Assembly (NCBI GenBank): GCA_965198115.1
Contig: OZ240241.1
Coordinates: forward strand, 3,808,001-3,872,000
DNA length: 64,000 nucleotides
DNA from: Candidatus Latescibacterota bacterium
GTDB lineage: Bacteria; Latescibacterota; UBA2968
Direction of reading: 5' to 3'
Made by a program: the position numbers and the translations under genes. Shown in pieces: positions 51,232 to 61,135 of this stretch. Every line of letters begins with the position of its first letter. Position 1 is the first letter of the stretch. A model generated the notes under the pieces. It did no database searches and was not told the DNA's origin. It saw nothing but the letters and a program-made list of their open reading frames with translations.

Positions 51232-51435
51232 TGAGGTCATCGATTGGGTCGTTGGTTCATCAGCAAAGCAACGGGACCGTTCGCCCTTCGATACACCGAA
51301 TCTTCCAGTCTCTTTCTTCGCTAACCTCCAATGCCGGCACTCAGGGTGAGCGGGCCACGCGGCGTACCGTCGATCTCCTCTCAGTGAGGGCGCTGGATCC
51401 CCGGATCACGGATCACGGTTCACGGCCAACGTCCC

Positions 51436-51969
51436 TCATCTTCGACTCTCCCGCTGATGCGCATTGATCATCGCCGCATTCGGCTCCACCCGATTCCCTC
51501 CGGCATCGAACGGCTCCCTGAGCGTGAACGCGTGACCGGTCACGCCGTTCTCATAAAGATGCAGATGCCGCTCGCACGCATCCGACCACGTCGGCCACTT
51601 GTCATCACCGATCCACCAGGCCGTATGATTCGAATAGTCCCCTTCTTCCGTCCAGAGCTTGGCCCTTCTCAAGGCCTCACTGTGAACACCCTGATAGGCA
51701 AACGCATAGACCGACTCGATGTCCTCCCAGACCGACAGCGTCTGCGCTGCGCACACTTTTCTCCCCTCGGCAAACTTCGGCGCTTCCCACTCGCCCCATC
51801 GATCGGCGTCGGTCACCATTCCGTCAGACGAACCACGCCACCGATCGATAAACCCGTCCGCCCCATCGGCCGTATCAAAAATGTCCGGCACTCGATCCAT
51901 GAAGCCCTGGACCTTCGGATCGCCGAAGGGTCCGTTGAGGATACCGAATGTGAAAAAACCAAGACGCAT
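51436..51969 (-). CDS. DUF3291 family protein
   Basis: ADGADGFIDR, TLSVWEDIESVYAFAY.GVHSEALRR, WWI...PTW..A..R..HL...G.T..AFT. Confidence 0.85.
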   Translation of the reverse strand: MRLGFFTFGILNGPFGDPKVQGFMDRVPDIFDTADGADGFIDRWRGSSDGMVTDADRWGEWEAPKFAEGRKVCAAQTLSVWEDIESVYAFAYQGVHSEALRRAKLWTEEGDYSNHTAWWIGDDKWPTWSDACERHLHLYENGVTGHAFTLREPFDAGGNRVEPNAAMINAHQRESRR

Positions 51970-52033
51970 AAGACATTACCACATTAGGAAATCAGGGAAT
52001 TCCCTCATTTCGATTTCCTAATTACATAATTCC

Positions 52034-53335
52034 CTAACCTAATTCGGCCTCCCGCTCCTTCAGGAGGCCGACGTTTTCCGCCACTTTCCTGAACGCCGTC
52101 GCGAACTGATCCATCAACTCCGTACAGTCCTCGTACCAGCTCGTGCTACCCAGGTTCAACTCCTGTTCAGCGCAGCGACGCTCGGCCACGGGACAATCGC
52201 CCTCCGCGTATTTGACCTCACGCTTTCCGAGTGACCACGGCAGTCCCTTTCCGGAGAAGTATTCGCGCTCCTGATAGCGCCTTCGCAGATAGATCGGCTC
52301 CTTGACGTAGGCGCCGACCCCCACACCCTCGGCAGCCAGGGCACTCATGTAGGCGTCACGCGAGAGTCCGTCCATCTCATCAGATTCATAGGTCATCGGA
52401 TACATATGGTAGACGTGCTCTCCTCCGTCTGCGACGACGGGTGGCGCCACACCGGGAATCTCCGACAGCTTCTCCGACAGGTAGTCCGCGTTGCGGCGAC
52501 GCGTCGCGTTCCAGTCGTCCAGATGCTTGAGCTGCGACCTCGCAATCACCGAAGAAATCGGATGCATCCGATACGTGTAGCAACAGCTGTCGATATACTC
52601 GCGCAGCTCGGGGTCTTCGAGCTGACGGCCCTGTCGTGACGGGTGATGCCCGAACAGGAGTGCCGACTCCCATAACCGCTTGTCGTTCGTCGTGACCATT
52701 CCGCCATCGCCGGCTGCGAGGTTCTTCCCGTTCCCGATGCTGAACGCGCCCAGGTGACCCCACGATCCGACGCGCTTCCCCTTGTAGGATGCGCCATCTG
52801 CCTGAGCACAGTCCTCGATCACCTTCAGATCGTGACGCTCGGCCACGTCCATAATCGCATCCATCCGCGCGGGACCACCGAACAGATGCACGACGACAAT
52901 CGCCGTTGTCTGCGGCGTCACTTTCGATTCGATCGACTTCGGGGCGAGGTTGAACGTATCCGGTTCGATGTCCGCGAAAATCGGGATAGCGTTCGCCTGC
53001 AGGATCGGTGAAACGGTCTGACCCCACGTGTAGGGTGACACGATCACCTCGTCGCCCGCCTTCACGCCCGCCGCCATCAGCGCGACGTGGATCGCCGCAC
53101 ACCCCGAATTGACGCTGACGACGTGCTCTGCATCCAGAAACTTCGCGAAGTCTCCTTCGAACGCCTCCAGCCCCTCGCCACCGAACGATGCCGAAATAAA
53201 GTCGCGCTTCGTCCGCGCCTCGTTCAGTGCCCACGTCGCCGCGTCGATATCCTCGTCCGAAAACCTCGGCCAGACCGGCGCCGTCGCCGTCACCGACTTC
53301 TCACCTCCGAAAACCGCCAGATCATCAGCCATCAT
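52034..53335 (-). CDS. DegT/DnrJ/EryC1/StrS sugar aminotransferase
   Basis: VIVSPYTW, VVVHLFG, IEDCAQA, FSIGNGKNL..GDGG. Confidence 0.93.
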   Translation of the reverse strand: MMADDLAVFGGEKSVTATAPVWPRFSDEDIDAATWALNEARTKRDFISASFGGEGLEAFEGDFAKFLDAEHVVSVNSGCAAIHVALMAAGVKAGDEVIVSPYTWGQTVSPILQANAIPIFADIEPDTFNLAPKSIESKVTPQTTAIVVVHLFGGPARMDAIMDVAERHDLKVIEDCAQADGASYKGKRVGSWGHLGAFSIGNGKNLAAGDGGMVTTNDKRLWESALLFGHHPSRQGRQLEDPELREYIDSCCYTYRMHPISSVIARSQLKHLDDWNATRRRNADYLSEKLSEIPGVAPPVVADGGEHVYHMYPMTYESDEMDGLSRDAYMSALAAEGVGVGAYVKEPIYLRRRYQEREYFSGKGLPWSLGKREVKYAEGDCPVAERRCAEQELNLGSTSWYEDCTELMDQFATAFRKVAENVGLLKEREAELG

Positions 53336-53387
53336 TCACCTCTCCGATAATCCATCACGTACGTCTTCTCAATCCCTAAACGACCTG

Positions 53388-53431
53388 AATTCCCCAATTC
53401 CACAATTCCACAGTTTCCTAATTTCCTAATC
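53388..53431. repeat. Degenerate 8-bp tandem repeat (AATTCCMC / AATTTCCT)
   Basis: AATTCCCC AATTCCAC AATTCCAC AGTTTCCT AATTTCCT AATC. Confidence 0.7.
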
Positions 53432-55093
53432 GAAGTTAACAGCCTCTCCTCCACCCACGTCCACAATCCGCTGCTCGAACCGAAATCCATACCGCTCCAC
53501 CTCGCCATCTTCCGTCGGCCCCACGAGAACCGTCGCCGCCCTCAGGGGTTCTTCCGCTTTCAACCTCCATCCGGCATCCTCTGGCGTCCAGGCCGTACGA
53601 CGACGGGCGCGCTCCCACGAGTTGATTTCGGCCGCCGTCCACCACGGGATGTCACGATCCTTGAGATACCCGACGATGGCCCTCAGCCCACCGCGCACCG
53701 GATCGCGATCCGTATTCCCCGGATGGAAGAGATAGTGTGCGACACCGTAGTGATCCAACACGCGATCGGCGAACAAACGGGCCAGGTTCATCGAACACCG
53801 GTTGTTCAGATCCTGGACGATCAGGGGCAGCTCGATCACGTGGAAATTATCGCCGTCGGCGCGATCGTCATCGAACGGGAAGTACGGGTGACACGTGCCG
53901 AATGGAAACCCGTTCGTGTAGGGCGTGTTTGGTCCGCGGCTCTGCTCGAGCTCGATACCCAGCTCGTCGCACCACGCAAAGAAGGTCAATCGATCCTGCC
54001 AGCGGAGGGTATGGTTTTTGTTCGAAATCAGCGGCTGCCCGGACGCCGCGAACACCGCCTCCAGCTGCAGCTTCATTTCCTCCAGACCCCACTTCAGGTG
54101 CTCCACCTCCGGTTTTCGTTCATCTGCCGTCGTCTGGAATGTCTGGGCGTCGTAGTGGAGGGCGACTTCCGAACCGTGAGCCACGATCGCATCGAAAAAT
54201 TCACGATCGTAGTGCCCCATCATCGTGCACCAGGTGGTTCGGATATCCACTTCCTTCGTGAGTTCGAGAAGTGACCAGGCCTTTTCCTGATCGCCCCCGT
54301 CACTGTCGTGTGACATATGTGCGATCGCAGGCCGTCCGGCCGGCCAGTACCAGAGGATCGGAATCGTCGTACCGGTCCGTGACAACCCCCAGAGAATCGC
54401 GCGAAGGATAATCGCACGAAGCTCGTCTACGATCGGCTCGAGGAAAGCGAGTGTCTCCTCCTCCCCCGGCACGGGCACTCGATCGCGATCCAGATCGAGT
54501 GCCATTCCCTGAATCGCGTCGATACGCGTCGGTCCGATGGCTGGAGGCACGGGGTGCCCCTGCTGAATCAACACGATGCTATAAAGCAGATCGGGCCCGA
54601 TCGTCAGCGACCATCCCTTCCCCGGCTCGGCTTCAACAATCGTGTCTCCCGCCCCGACCCCCCGGGCAATCACGCCCCCCGTCGTCGATCGAATTCGCTT
54701 CCCCTCCCAGCAGTGCAGGTTACTTCGAAGGCCCCGCGTCACTGGATGCCCGTTGTGCAGGGCGGTCAGATACGTTTCCGGCAGATCCCACTTCTCCTCT
54801 GCCCCCACGAATCCGTCCAGACCCGACGTGCCGCCCAATGCGATCAACGCAGCCCCGGACTCGACCACTTGCGCGATTGCTTCTCGCTCCTCGGGCGTCA
54901 GATTCATCGACCACGGCAGAACGATCACTCGACGATCGTTCAGTTCCTCCGTCTTGATGGGCCTTGCAATCTCGTCGAAGGGCATTCCGGCGTGCGCCAG
55001 GATCTCGGTCAGGTAGAACCCAGCCCAGTTCTTCCGCCCATCCGAAAGCTCATTTCCCTCCGCGTCGTAGATGACTGCAATAGGATGTGTCAT
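53426..55093 (-). CDS. Hypothetical protein: GATase1-like N-domain plus polysaccharide-deacetylase-like barrel
   Basis: EILAHAGMPF..VIVLP..GAALIALG; MSHDSDG, EVALHYD, NKNH, YLFHP. Confidence 0.65.
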   Translation of the reverse strand: MTHPIAVIYDAEGNELSDGRKNWAGFYLTEILAHAGMPFDEIARPIKTEELNDRRVIVLPWSMNLTPEEREAIAQVVESGAALIALGGTSGLDGFVGAEEKWDLPETYLTALHNGHPVTRGLRSNLHCWEGKRIRSTTGGVIARGVGAGDTIVEAEPGKGWSLTIGPDLLYSIVLIQQGHPVPPAIGPTRIDAIQGMALDLDRDRVPVPGEEETLAFLEPIVDELRAIILRAILWGLSRTGTTIPILWYWPAGRPAIAHMSHDSDGGDQEKAWSLLELTKEVDIRTTWCTMMGHYDREFFDAIVAHGSEVALHYDAQTFQTTADERKPEVEHLKWGLEEMKLQLEAVFAASGQPLISNKNHTLRWQDRLTFFAWCDELGIELEQSRGPNTPYTNGFPFGTCHPYFPFDDDRADGDNFHVIELPLIVQDLNNRCSMNLARLFADRVLDHYGVAHYLFHPGNTDRDPVRGGLRAIVGYLKDRDIPWWTAAEINSWERARRRTAWTPEDAGWRLKAEEPLRAATVLVGPTEDGEVERYGFRFEQRIVDVGGGEAVNFD

Positions 55094-55221
55094 TGTTTTC
55101 CGAATGTGATGCGTGCTTCAAATTCGGTGAAGTTTTTAAAGAACTTCGAGCCCCTCGATCTCAATCCCCGAATAGGGCCTCGCTCTCAGACAGCCTCCCC
55201 CTCCGTGTCCTCAGTGGTTTC

Positions 55222-56370
55222 CTAGTCTTTCGCTCCCATCGCCCGAAGCCGTTTCACGATCCCGTCCATCCCCGCTTCGCGGGCGATCTCAACGACGCTC
55301 TTGCCGTGCCGATCTGTCGCGTGAGCGTTGGCCCCGTGGTCGAGCAACAGGTTGACCGTTCGTCGATGCCTCTGGAGAAGCGCGAGCACCATCACCGGGT
55401 CTCCGTGGCGATCCCGAATGTTCACATCCATCCCCGCCTTCACCAGCTGCTCGATCACGCCGCGTTTGCCGGCGTGCAACGCAAGGACGCCCAGGGGATC
55501 CCCGTGACGGTCCTGGGTGTTCGGATCGGCGCCCTGCTCGATCAATCGCTCGATGAGTGCTCCGCGTTCGGCGTGAAGGGCGAGCGCGATTAACGGGTCG
55601 CCGTGACGATCCTGCGTGTTGATCGACGCGCCGGCCTCGAGCAACGCGTCGATGGCGTCACCGTCCTCTGCGTGGAGCGCGAGCACGATCAACGGGTCGC
55701 CGTGACGATCTGGTGCATTGGGGTTTGCGCCGCCGGCGAGCAGACGCTTCACGACCGACCTGTTTCGGGCGTGAAGCGCGAGCACGATCAGCGGGTCGCC
55801 GTGGCGGTCTTCCGAATCCACGTCAGCGCCACGATCCAGCAGCCTCTCGACGAGGCCTCTGTCCTTGTCGTGCATCGCCAGAACGACGAGAGGGTCACCG
55901 TGTCGGTCTTGTGCGTTCGGGTCGACACCCTGTTCAATTAAATCTTCGACCAGCCCGCCCAGATCCTGATGAAACGCCAGCACGACCAGCGGGTCCCCGT
56001 GTCGATCGGCCACATTGGCACTCGCACCCGACTTCAACAGAAAGCGAACCAGGTCCGGTCTGTTCTGGTGAATGGCCAGGACGCCCAGCGGATCGCCGTG
56101 TCGATCGCGGCCGTTCAGATCGGCCCCGCGCTGAATCAGCGTTTTGAACAGTCCATACTCGCCCGCGTGAAGGGCCCGAACCGTCGCGGGGTCTCCGTAG
56201 CGGTCGGCTTCGTTGACATTCGCTCTTTGGTTCAGAAGCCCGATGACGCGATCGCGATCACCTGCCACGACCGCGTCGATCAGAGGTGTCTTCGAATCAG
56301 GCGTCGGCACGTGCCCCGCACACGCCGCCCCCAGAATCGTGACCATCAGCAGTCGTTCGAGATTTCGCAT
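55222..56370 (-). CDS. Ankyrin-repeat lipoprotein with nine DR(H/Y)GDP repeats
   Basis: LGAAC lipobox; 33-aa period GAxxNxxDRHGDPLxVLAxH. Confidence 0.9.
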   Translation of the reverse strand: MRNLERLLMVTILGAACAGHVPTPDSKTPLIDAVVAGDRDRVIGLLNQRANVNEADRYGDPATVRALHAGEYGLFKTLIQRGADLNGRDRHGDPLGVLAIHQNRPDLVRFLLKSGASANVADRHGDPLVVLAFHQDLGGLVEDLIEQGVDPNAQDRHGDPLVVLAMHDKDRGLVERLLDRGADVDSEDRHGDPLIVLALHARNRSVVKRLLAGGANPNAPDRHGDPLIVLALHAEDGDAIDALLEAGASINTQDRHGDPLIALALHAERGALIERLIEQGADPNTQDRHGDPLGVLALHAGKRGVIEQLVKAGMDVNIRDRHGDPVMVLALLQRHRRTVNLLLDHGANAHATDRHGKSVVEIAREAGMDGIVKRLRAMGAKD

Positions 56371-56480
56371 TCGACCTCCGGATGGTTCACAAAACAGCCG
56401 GGTTTTCTGAACTCGAAAGCAAAGCTTCTATATAACGTCCGGCGACGACATCGTCAGGGATAAACAACGAGGGCCTCTCA

Positions 56481-56503
56481 TGTCCTCTGTCCTCTGTCCT
56501 CTG
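56481..56503. repeat. Heptamer tandem repeat (TGTCCTC)3
   Basis: Read directly; partial copy near 49690. Confidence 0.7.
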
Positions 56504-56549
56504 ACAATGGGCCGAAGCCGTCTCTACCGTCTACTGTCCACCCCAAATA

Positions 56550-56590
56550 GAAAAGCGCCCTACTGCCAGTTTCGCAGAGGGGCGCTTTTC
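56550..56590 (-). terminator. Terminator after pckA
   Basis: GAAAAGCGCCC...GGGCGCTTTTC. Confidence 0.75.
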
Positions 56591-56610
56591 ATCACCATCT
56601 CTCCGGCCAG

Positions 56611-58196
56611 CTACACCGTGGGGCCGGCCGCCTTCACCGATTCATCGGTTTCGTCCTCGTACTGTTCGAAGTTCTCGATGAACAACGTAGCCAGTTTCCT
56701 GGCTGCTTGGTCGAACGCGTCACGATCCGACCACGAGTTCCACGGCACGAGAATGTCACTCGGCACGTTCCGACACTCCGTCACGATCTCGAGCCCGAAC
56801 ACGGGGTCTGTCGTTGTCGGGGCGTTCGCCAGGGTCCCGTCGTGGATGGCATCGACGATGGCGCGGGTATAGGCCAGCCTGATGCGCGAACCGACGCCTT
56901 CGGGTCCCCCGTTCCAGCCCGTATTCACCAGCCAGACCTTCGACCCGTGTGTCTGGATCTTCTCGGCCAGTAGCCGCGCATATTTGTGAGGGTGCCAAAC
57001 GAGAAAAGGTCCCCCGAAACACGGAGAGAACGTCGCTTCAGGATCCGTCACGCCGACCTCCGTACCCGCGACCTTCGCCGTGTAGCCGCTGATGAAGTGA
57101 TACATCGCCTGCTCGGGTGACAGCTTCGACACCGGAGGTAGAACACCGAACGCGTCACAGGTCAGGAAAATGACATCGGTCGGATGCTCGGCGACGGCCG
57201 GGATCTTCGTGTTCGTCACGTGCTCGAGGGGGTAAGCGCCACGCGTATTTTCGGTGATCGAGTCATCGCTGAAATCCACGCGTCGGTCGTCGATCCGGTA
57301 AACGACATTTTCCAAAACCGACCCGAAGCGGAGTGCCTGGTAGATCTCCGGCTCCGTCTCACGCGTGAGGTTGATCGCCTTCGCATAGCAACCGCCCTCG
57401 ATGTTGAAAACGCCTTTGTCCGTCCAGACGTGCTCGTCATCGCCGATGAGCCGACGCTTGGGATCCGCCGAAAGCGTCGTCTTCCCCGTCCCCGACAACC
57501 CGAACAGAAGCGAACAACGCTCGTGATTCAGCTCAGCGGTCGCCGAACAGTGCATCGACAACAGATCGGCTTTGGGCATCAGATAATTCATGACCGTAAA
57601 AATGCCCTTCTTCATCTCGCCGGCGTACTCCGTCCCCAGGATGACCATTTCTCGTTCTTCCAGGTTCAGAACCACACTCGTCGATGATGACATTCCCTTC
57701 GCCAGACGGTTCGCCGGAAACTGCCCGGCATTGTAGATCACGTAGTCGGGTTCGCCGTAGTCCTCCAGCTCCTCCCGTGTCGGTCGGATCAGCATAATGG
57801 AAATGAACAGCGCGTGATACGGTCGGGCGCAGATGATCCGCACTTTGATTTGGTTCTCCGGATCCCACCCTGCAAACGCGTCAACGCAGTAGAGCTTCTC
57901 CCGCGTGTTCAAGTAATCCTTCGCCCGCTCGCGGTTGACCTGGAACGCCCCCCGTCGAGCGGCAGGTTCACGGAACCCCACCAGACGTCGCCCTCCGACT
58001 CCGGGTTCTTCACCACCCGTTTGTCGAGCGGGGACCGTCCCGTCTTGTCCCCCGAGTAGGCGATCAACGCACCCGAATCGGAGATGCAGCTCTGCGCATC
58101 CGCCCGAATCGCCTCCTCGTACAGAATCGACGATGGGAGATTTCGAGCAATGTTCTGAACCGTGATCCCGTGTGCTTCCAGACTGAAGCCGCTCAA
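56611..58196 (-). pseudogene. pckA: Phosphoenolpyruvate carboxykinase (ATP), frameshift in a G6 run at 57948-57953
   Basis: KTGRSPLDK in 57909-58196; [35 protein letters not shown] in 56611-58251; one extra G joins them. Confidence 0.93.
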
Positions 58197-58439
58197 TTCT
58201 AAACCCCACTATTTCACAAGAGAGGAGGCCACGAACATCCACCTCCGACAAAGCTTACACCTACACTCGTTGGGCTACGACGGACGGGTCGGCGGGCAGG
58301 CACGAAGTACGTGGAAGAATATTACACTTCTCAAGAGCACACCCTCTCCGCAGGGTCTATGATTCTCACCGGTCTTTCCTCTGCGACCGGAGCCTATCCC
58401 GAGCGAAGTCTACAGGCCGCACTCTGCGCTTAGGTTCTT

Positions 58440-59627
58440 TCAATCGAACTGCGTCTTGCTCTGGTGGTTGGGCTTCCCCATTCCCCGAATGATGTCATCA
58501 CGACGCCAGGTGCGGGCGGCACGGCAGATGTCGTTGTCTTCCCCAAGCGTATCGGCCAGTTGTGCTTGGGTGAACCATTCGCCGACCTCTTCCTTACCCA
58601 GGGCTGCAAGCGTGCCGTCCCCATCGGAATACCCGTAGACCCGGCAGATTCCCTCTTCGAGTTCGACGTCTTCGATGTAAGACACCCACGGCACATCGAT
58701 GCCAAGCTGGGTCTGTACGTGCGATTGAACGGATGCGATCCTGGAACCCACGTCCCAGCCAGCCTTCTCTTCCTCCCATCCTTCACCGCCCGGCAGTCCC
58801 CATCGATCCTCGGACTCCTTCAACAGGAAGAACCGCGATTCCTGGGTCGACGTGTCCTCGATAAGCAGTTGAGTCGTCGAAATCGGCTTCTCGAACCAGA
58901 CGGGGATCAGACGTTTCCCTTCGTCGCTCATCGCGTCGTACGCCGCACGGTCATACGGGTAATAGCCGGCAGCCGGCGGTGCGTTCGCGGCGCAATACTT
59001 GTTGAAGAACCCGCAACGATCCTCGTCCTTCGGTCCGGGCAGGGGCAAATGCCACGTGTGCCCGTTCAACAGCAGAAGGTCTCCTGCCTTCAGTTCGGGA
59101 TCGATAAACTCGCTCATCCGGTCACGATCCGGAGCGGTGACGTCCCATATGTGCGCGTCACGATCGATCACACTTTCGAGCTTATGCGACCCGGGCGCTA
59201 CGTGAAGCGGGCCGAACGTCTCGTCGAAATCGTTCAGCGGAATGATCGCGAACAGCCAGTTCATCGATGACCCCACCGGGCGCCATCGCTTGTAGTCGCA
59301 ATGGGCGCCGCCCCCATCATCCCCCGGTGACCGCAGGTAGGCGACGAACGCCGTCAAGTAGGCCGGTTGACCCAGCAGGGCTTCGACCCCATCCACGATG
59401 ACGGGGTGCTCGGCGATCGGAGCCAACTCGGGATCTGCAATCCGGTTTCCAGGGACCGTGTATTTGGCAGGTTCAGGGTATGTCAGCGAAGCCGGATACG
59501 CATCCCGCCTCACTTCCTCTCGAACGTGCTGCCGATAGGCCTCCGCCTCATCCGCGGTCAGCACACCTCGAACGATGTGATACCCGTTTTCCAGATACCC
59601 CGCGATGTCTGCTTCATTCAGTGCCAT
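58440..59627 (-). CDS. Phytanoyl-CoA dioxygenase (PhyH) family protein with C-terminal NUDIX-like domain
   Basis: YLENGYHIVRGVL, HCD, GPLHVAPGSH, LKAGDLLL..HTWH; then FLLKE..RWGLPGG. Confidence 0.82.
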   Translation of the reverse strand: MALNEADIAGYLENGYHIVRGVLTADEAEAYRQHVREEVRRDAYPASLTYPEPAKYTVPGNRIADPELAPIAEHPVIVDGVEALLGQPAYLTAFVAYLRSPGDDGGGAHCDYKRWRPVGSSMNWLFAIIPLNDFDETFGPLHVAPGSHKLESVIDRDAHIWDVTAPDRDRMSEFIDPELKAGDLLLLNGHTWHLPLPGPKDEDRCGFFNKYCAANAPPAAGYYPYDRAAYDAMSDEGKRLIPVWFEKPISTTQLLIEDTSTQESRFFLLKESEDRWGLPGGEGWEEEKAGWDVGSRIASVQSHVQTQLGIDVPWVSYIEDVELEEGICRVYGYSDGDGTLAALGKEEVGEWFTQAQLADTLGEDNDICRAARTWRRDDIIRGMGKPNHQSKTQFD

Positions 59628-60141
59628 CTATCGCTCCTATGACCATTTACATCGAGTGCGCGACGGAAAGCCGCTCCAACCCAAGATCCACCGTACGAAT
59701 GCAAGGCCCGCGCATGACCATTCCAGAAATCCGCCCACGGCCGACCGTCGACCGCTCACGGTCTTCCTACACCTTCTCCAGCGGTCGATGTGGCTCGGGC
59801 GGCAGCTCGACCTGTATGGCATCTCCCGGCCTCACATCGCCACCCGTTAGAACGATACTCATGATGCCCGACAAAAGCTCGGGTTCCCCGTCGTCGCCCA
59901 TCGGCATCGTCGCATCCCGCAATCCCGGCTGGATCCCGTCGAGTTGGCCGCACGGACTGCGCAAACCCGTCACCTCGATCACCGCTTCTTCCCCCAGATG
60001 GAGCTGCGTCCCGGTCGGGAGCCGCAGAAGATCGACACCGCGCGTCGTCACATTCTCACCCATCTGTCCAGCCGATACGTCGAAGCCGTCCTCAGCCAGA
60101 TCGTCGTGGAGCTCAGCGTGGATCAGATGAACCTGTCGTAA

Positions 60142-60777
60142 GTCATGACCTCCGGCAAAGCCGGAGGCTTGAAAACTTGTGAACCGCTCAAAGCGGTTGG
60201 AAACCAAGCGCCACCTAAAGGTGGCGATTACCTGAAAATGTTGAGCGGTCGAGACGCCGGTCCTCCCGCTCCTGGTTCTGGATATACTCCCGAACCGTCT
60301 GTTCATCCTTGCCAACGGTGGAGACCCAGTAGCCTCTTGCCCAGAAATGCTGCCCGGTGAAGTTCGACCTGCGTCCCAGATAGTTCCGAGCAATGTGAAT
60401 CGCACTCTTTCCTTTGATGAACCCTACCGTCTGAGCTACTGAGTGCTTCGGCGGGATCGAAATCAGCATGTGCACATGGTCGGATCGCAGGTGACCCTCT
60501 TCCACACGGCATTCCTTCTGTGCGGCCAGATCCCGAATCACCTCGCCCAGATAGCGACGAATTTCACCATACAACACTTTTCTACGATACTTCCGAACCC
60601 AAACAACGTCATACTTGCACTCCCATACCGTGTGACGTAGACTCCTTACGTTGTTCATTAGAGAGCCTTCCTTCCGTGTGCTTTGAGCGGTCCACGGCAA
60701 GGGAGGCTCTTACATATTTCTGGAACTGTCAAACTCTGGGAGTCTCCCCGGCAGAGCCGGGGGCTTACCAAGGTTTA
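60142..60777 (-). mobile_element. IS200-like element (tnpA only), copy 2
   Basis: Same ends and hairpins as 39434-40071; no TSD. Confidence 0.92.
60215..60658 (-). CDS. tnpA: Y1 HUH transposase TnpA (H to D in CKYH; 1-bp deletion near C-terminus)
   Basis: DHVH, FWARGY, YIQNQ. Confidence 0.85.
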   Translation of the reverse strand: MNNVRSLRHTVWECKYDVVWVRKYRRKVLYGEIRRYLGEVIRDLAAQKECRVEEGHLRSDHVHMLISIPPKHSVAQTVGFIKGKSAIHIARNYLGRRSNFTGQHFWARGYWVSTVGKDEQTVREYIQNQEREDRRLDRSTFSGNRHL

Positions 60778-61135
60778 GTTAGGCTGTGTCGGATCCTTCC
60801 TCACGCGTGACCGATGTTTGACCGTCTTTCCCGAGTGGGCATCGCCCTCGACGCCGAGACCCTCCAACAGCCGGATGCATTCCTGGTTCGGCTTACTGAA
60901 ATTGTGGGATTCACTGCAACTCACGCTGACAACCGCTGCGTCCATCGAATACCTCTCTGAAAGGCGTCCGCAGACCCGACGATGTTAAAATACCCGTGCT
61001 GCAGAACCTACCCGCAATCGGAATCCACTCCGCCCAAAATAACCATCAGCACTCTAGCATCGCAACTCCATCCACCGTCTACGATCCGCTCTGCAGAGGT
61101 GTGGCGGAGGCGTCAGTGTCCTCCGTCAGTTAAAT

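Larger units (their letters stand above)
59767..60945 (-). pseudogene. MOSC-domain protein interrupted by IS200 copy 2
   Basis: Removing the IS restores GLGVEGDAH..KHRSRVRKDPTQPN|LRQVHLI..GENVTT..LRSPCGQL in frame. Confidence 0.92.

Noticed and set aside
55222-56370. Diversity-generating retroelement TR/VR or DNA repeat array
   Set aside because: The 99-bp periodicity is explained by ankyrin coding; no reverse transcriptase in the window and no evident adenine-specific variation
59767-60405. 212-aa ORF as a real fusion protein
   Set aside because: Chimera of an alternative IS200 frame and the MOSC 3' half
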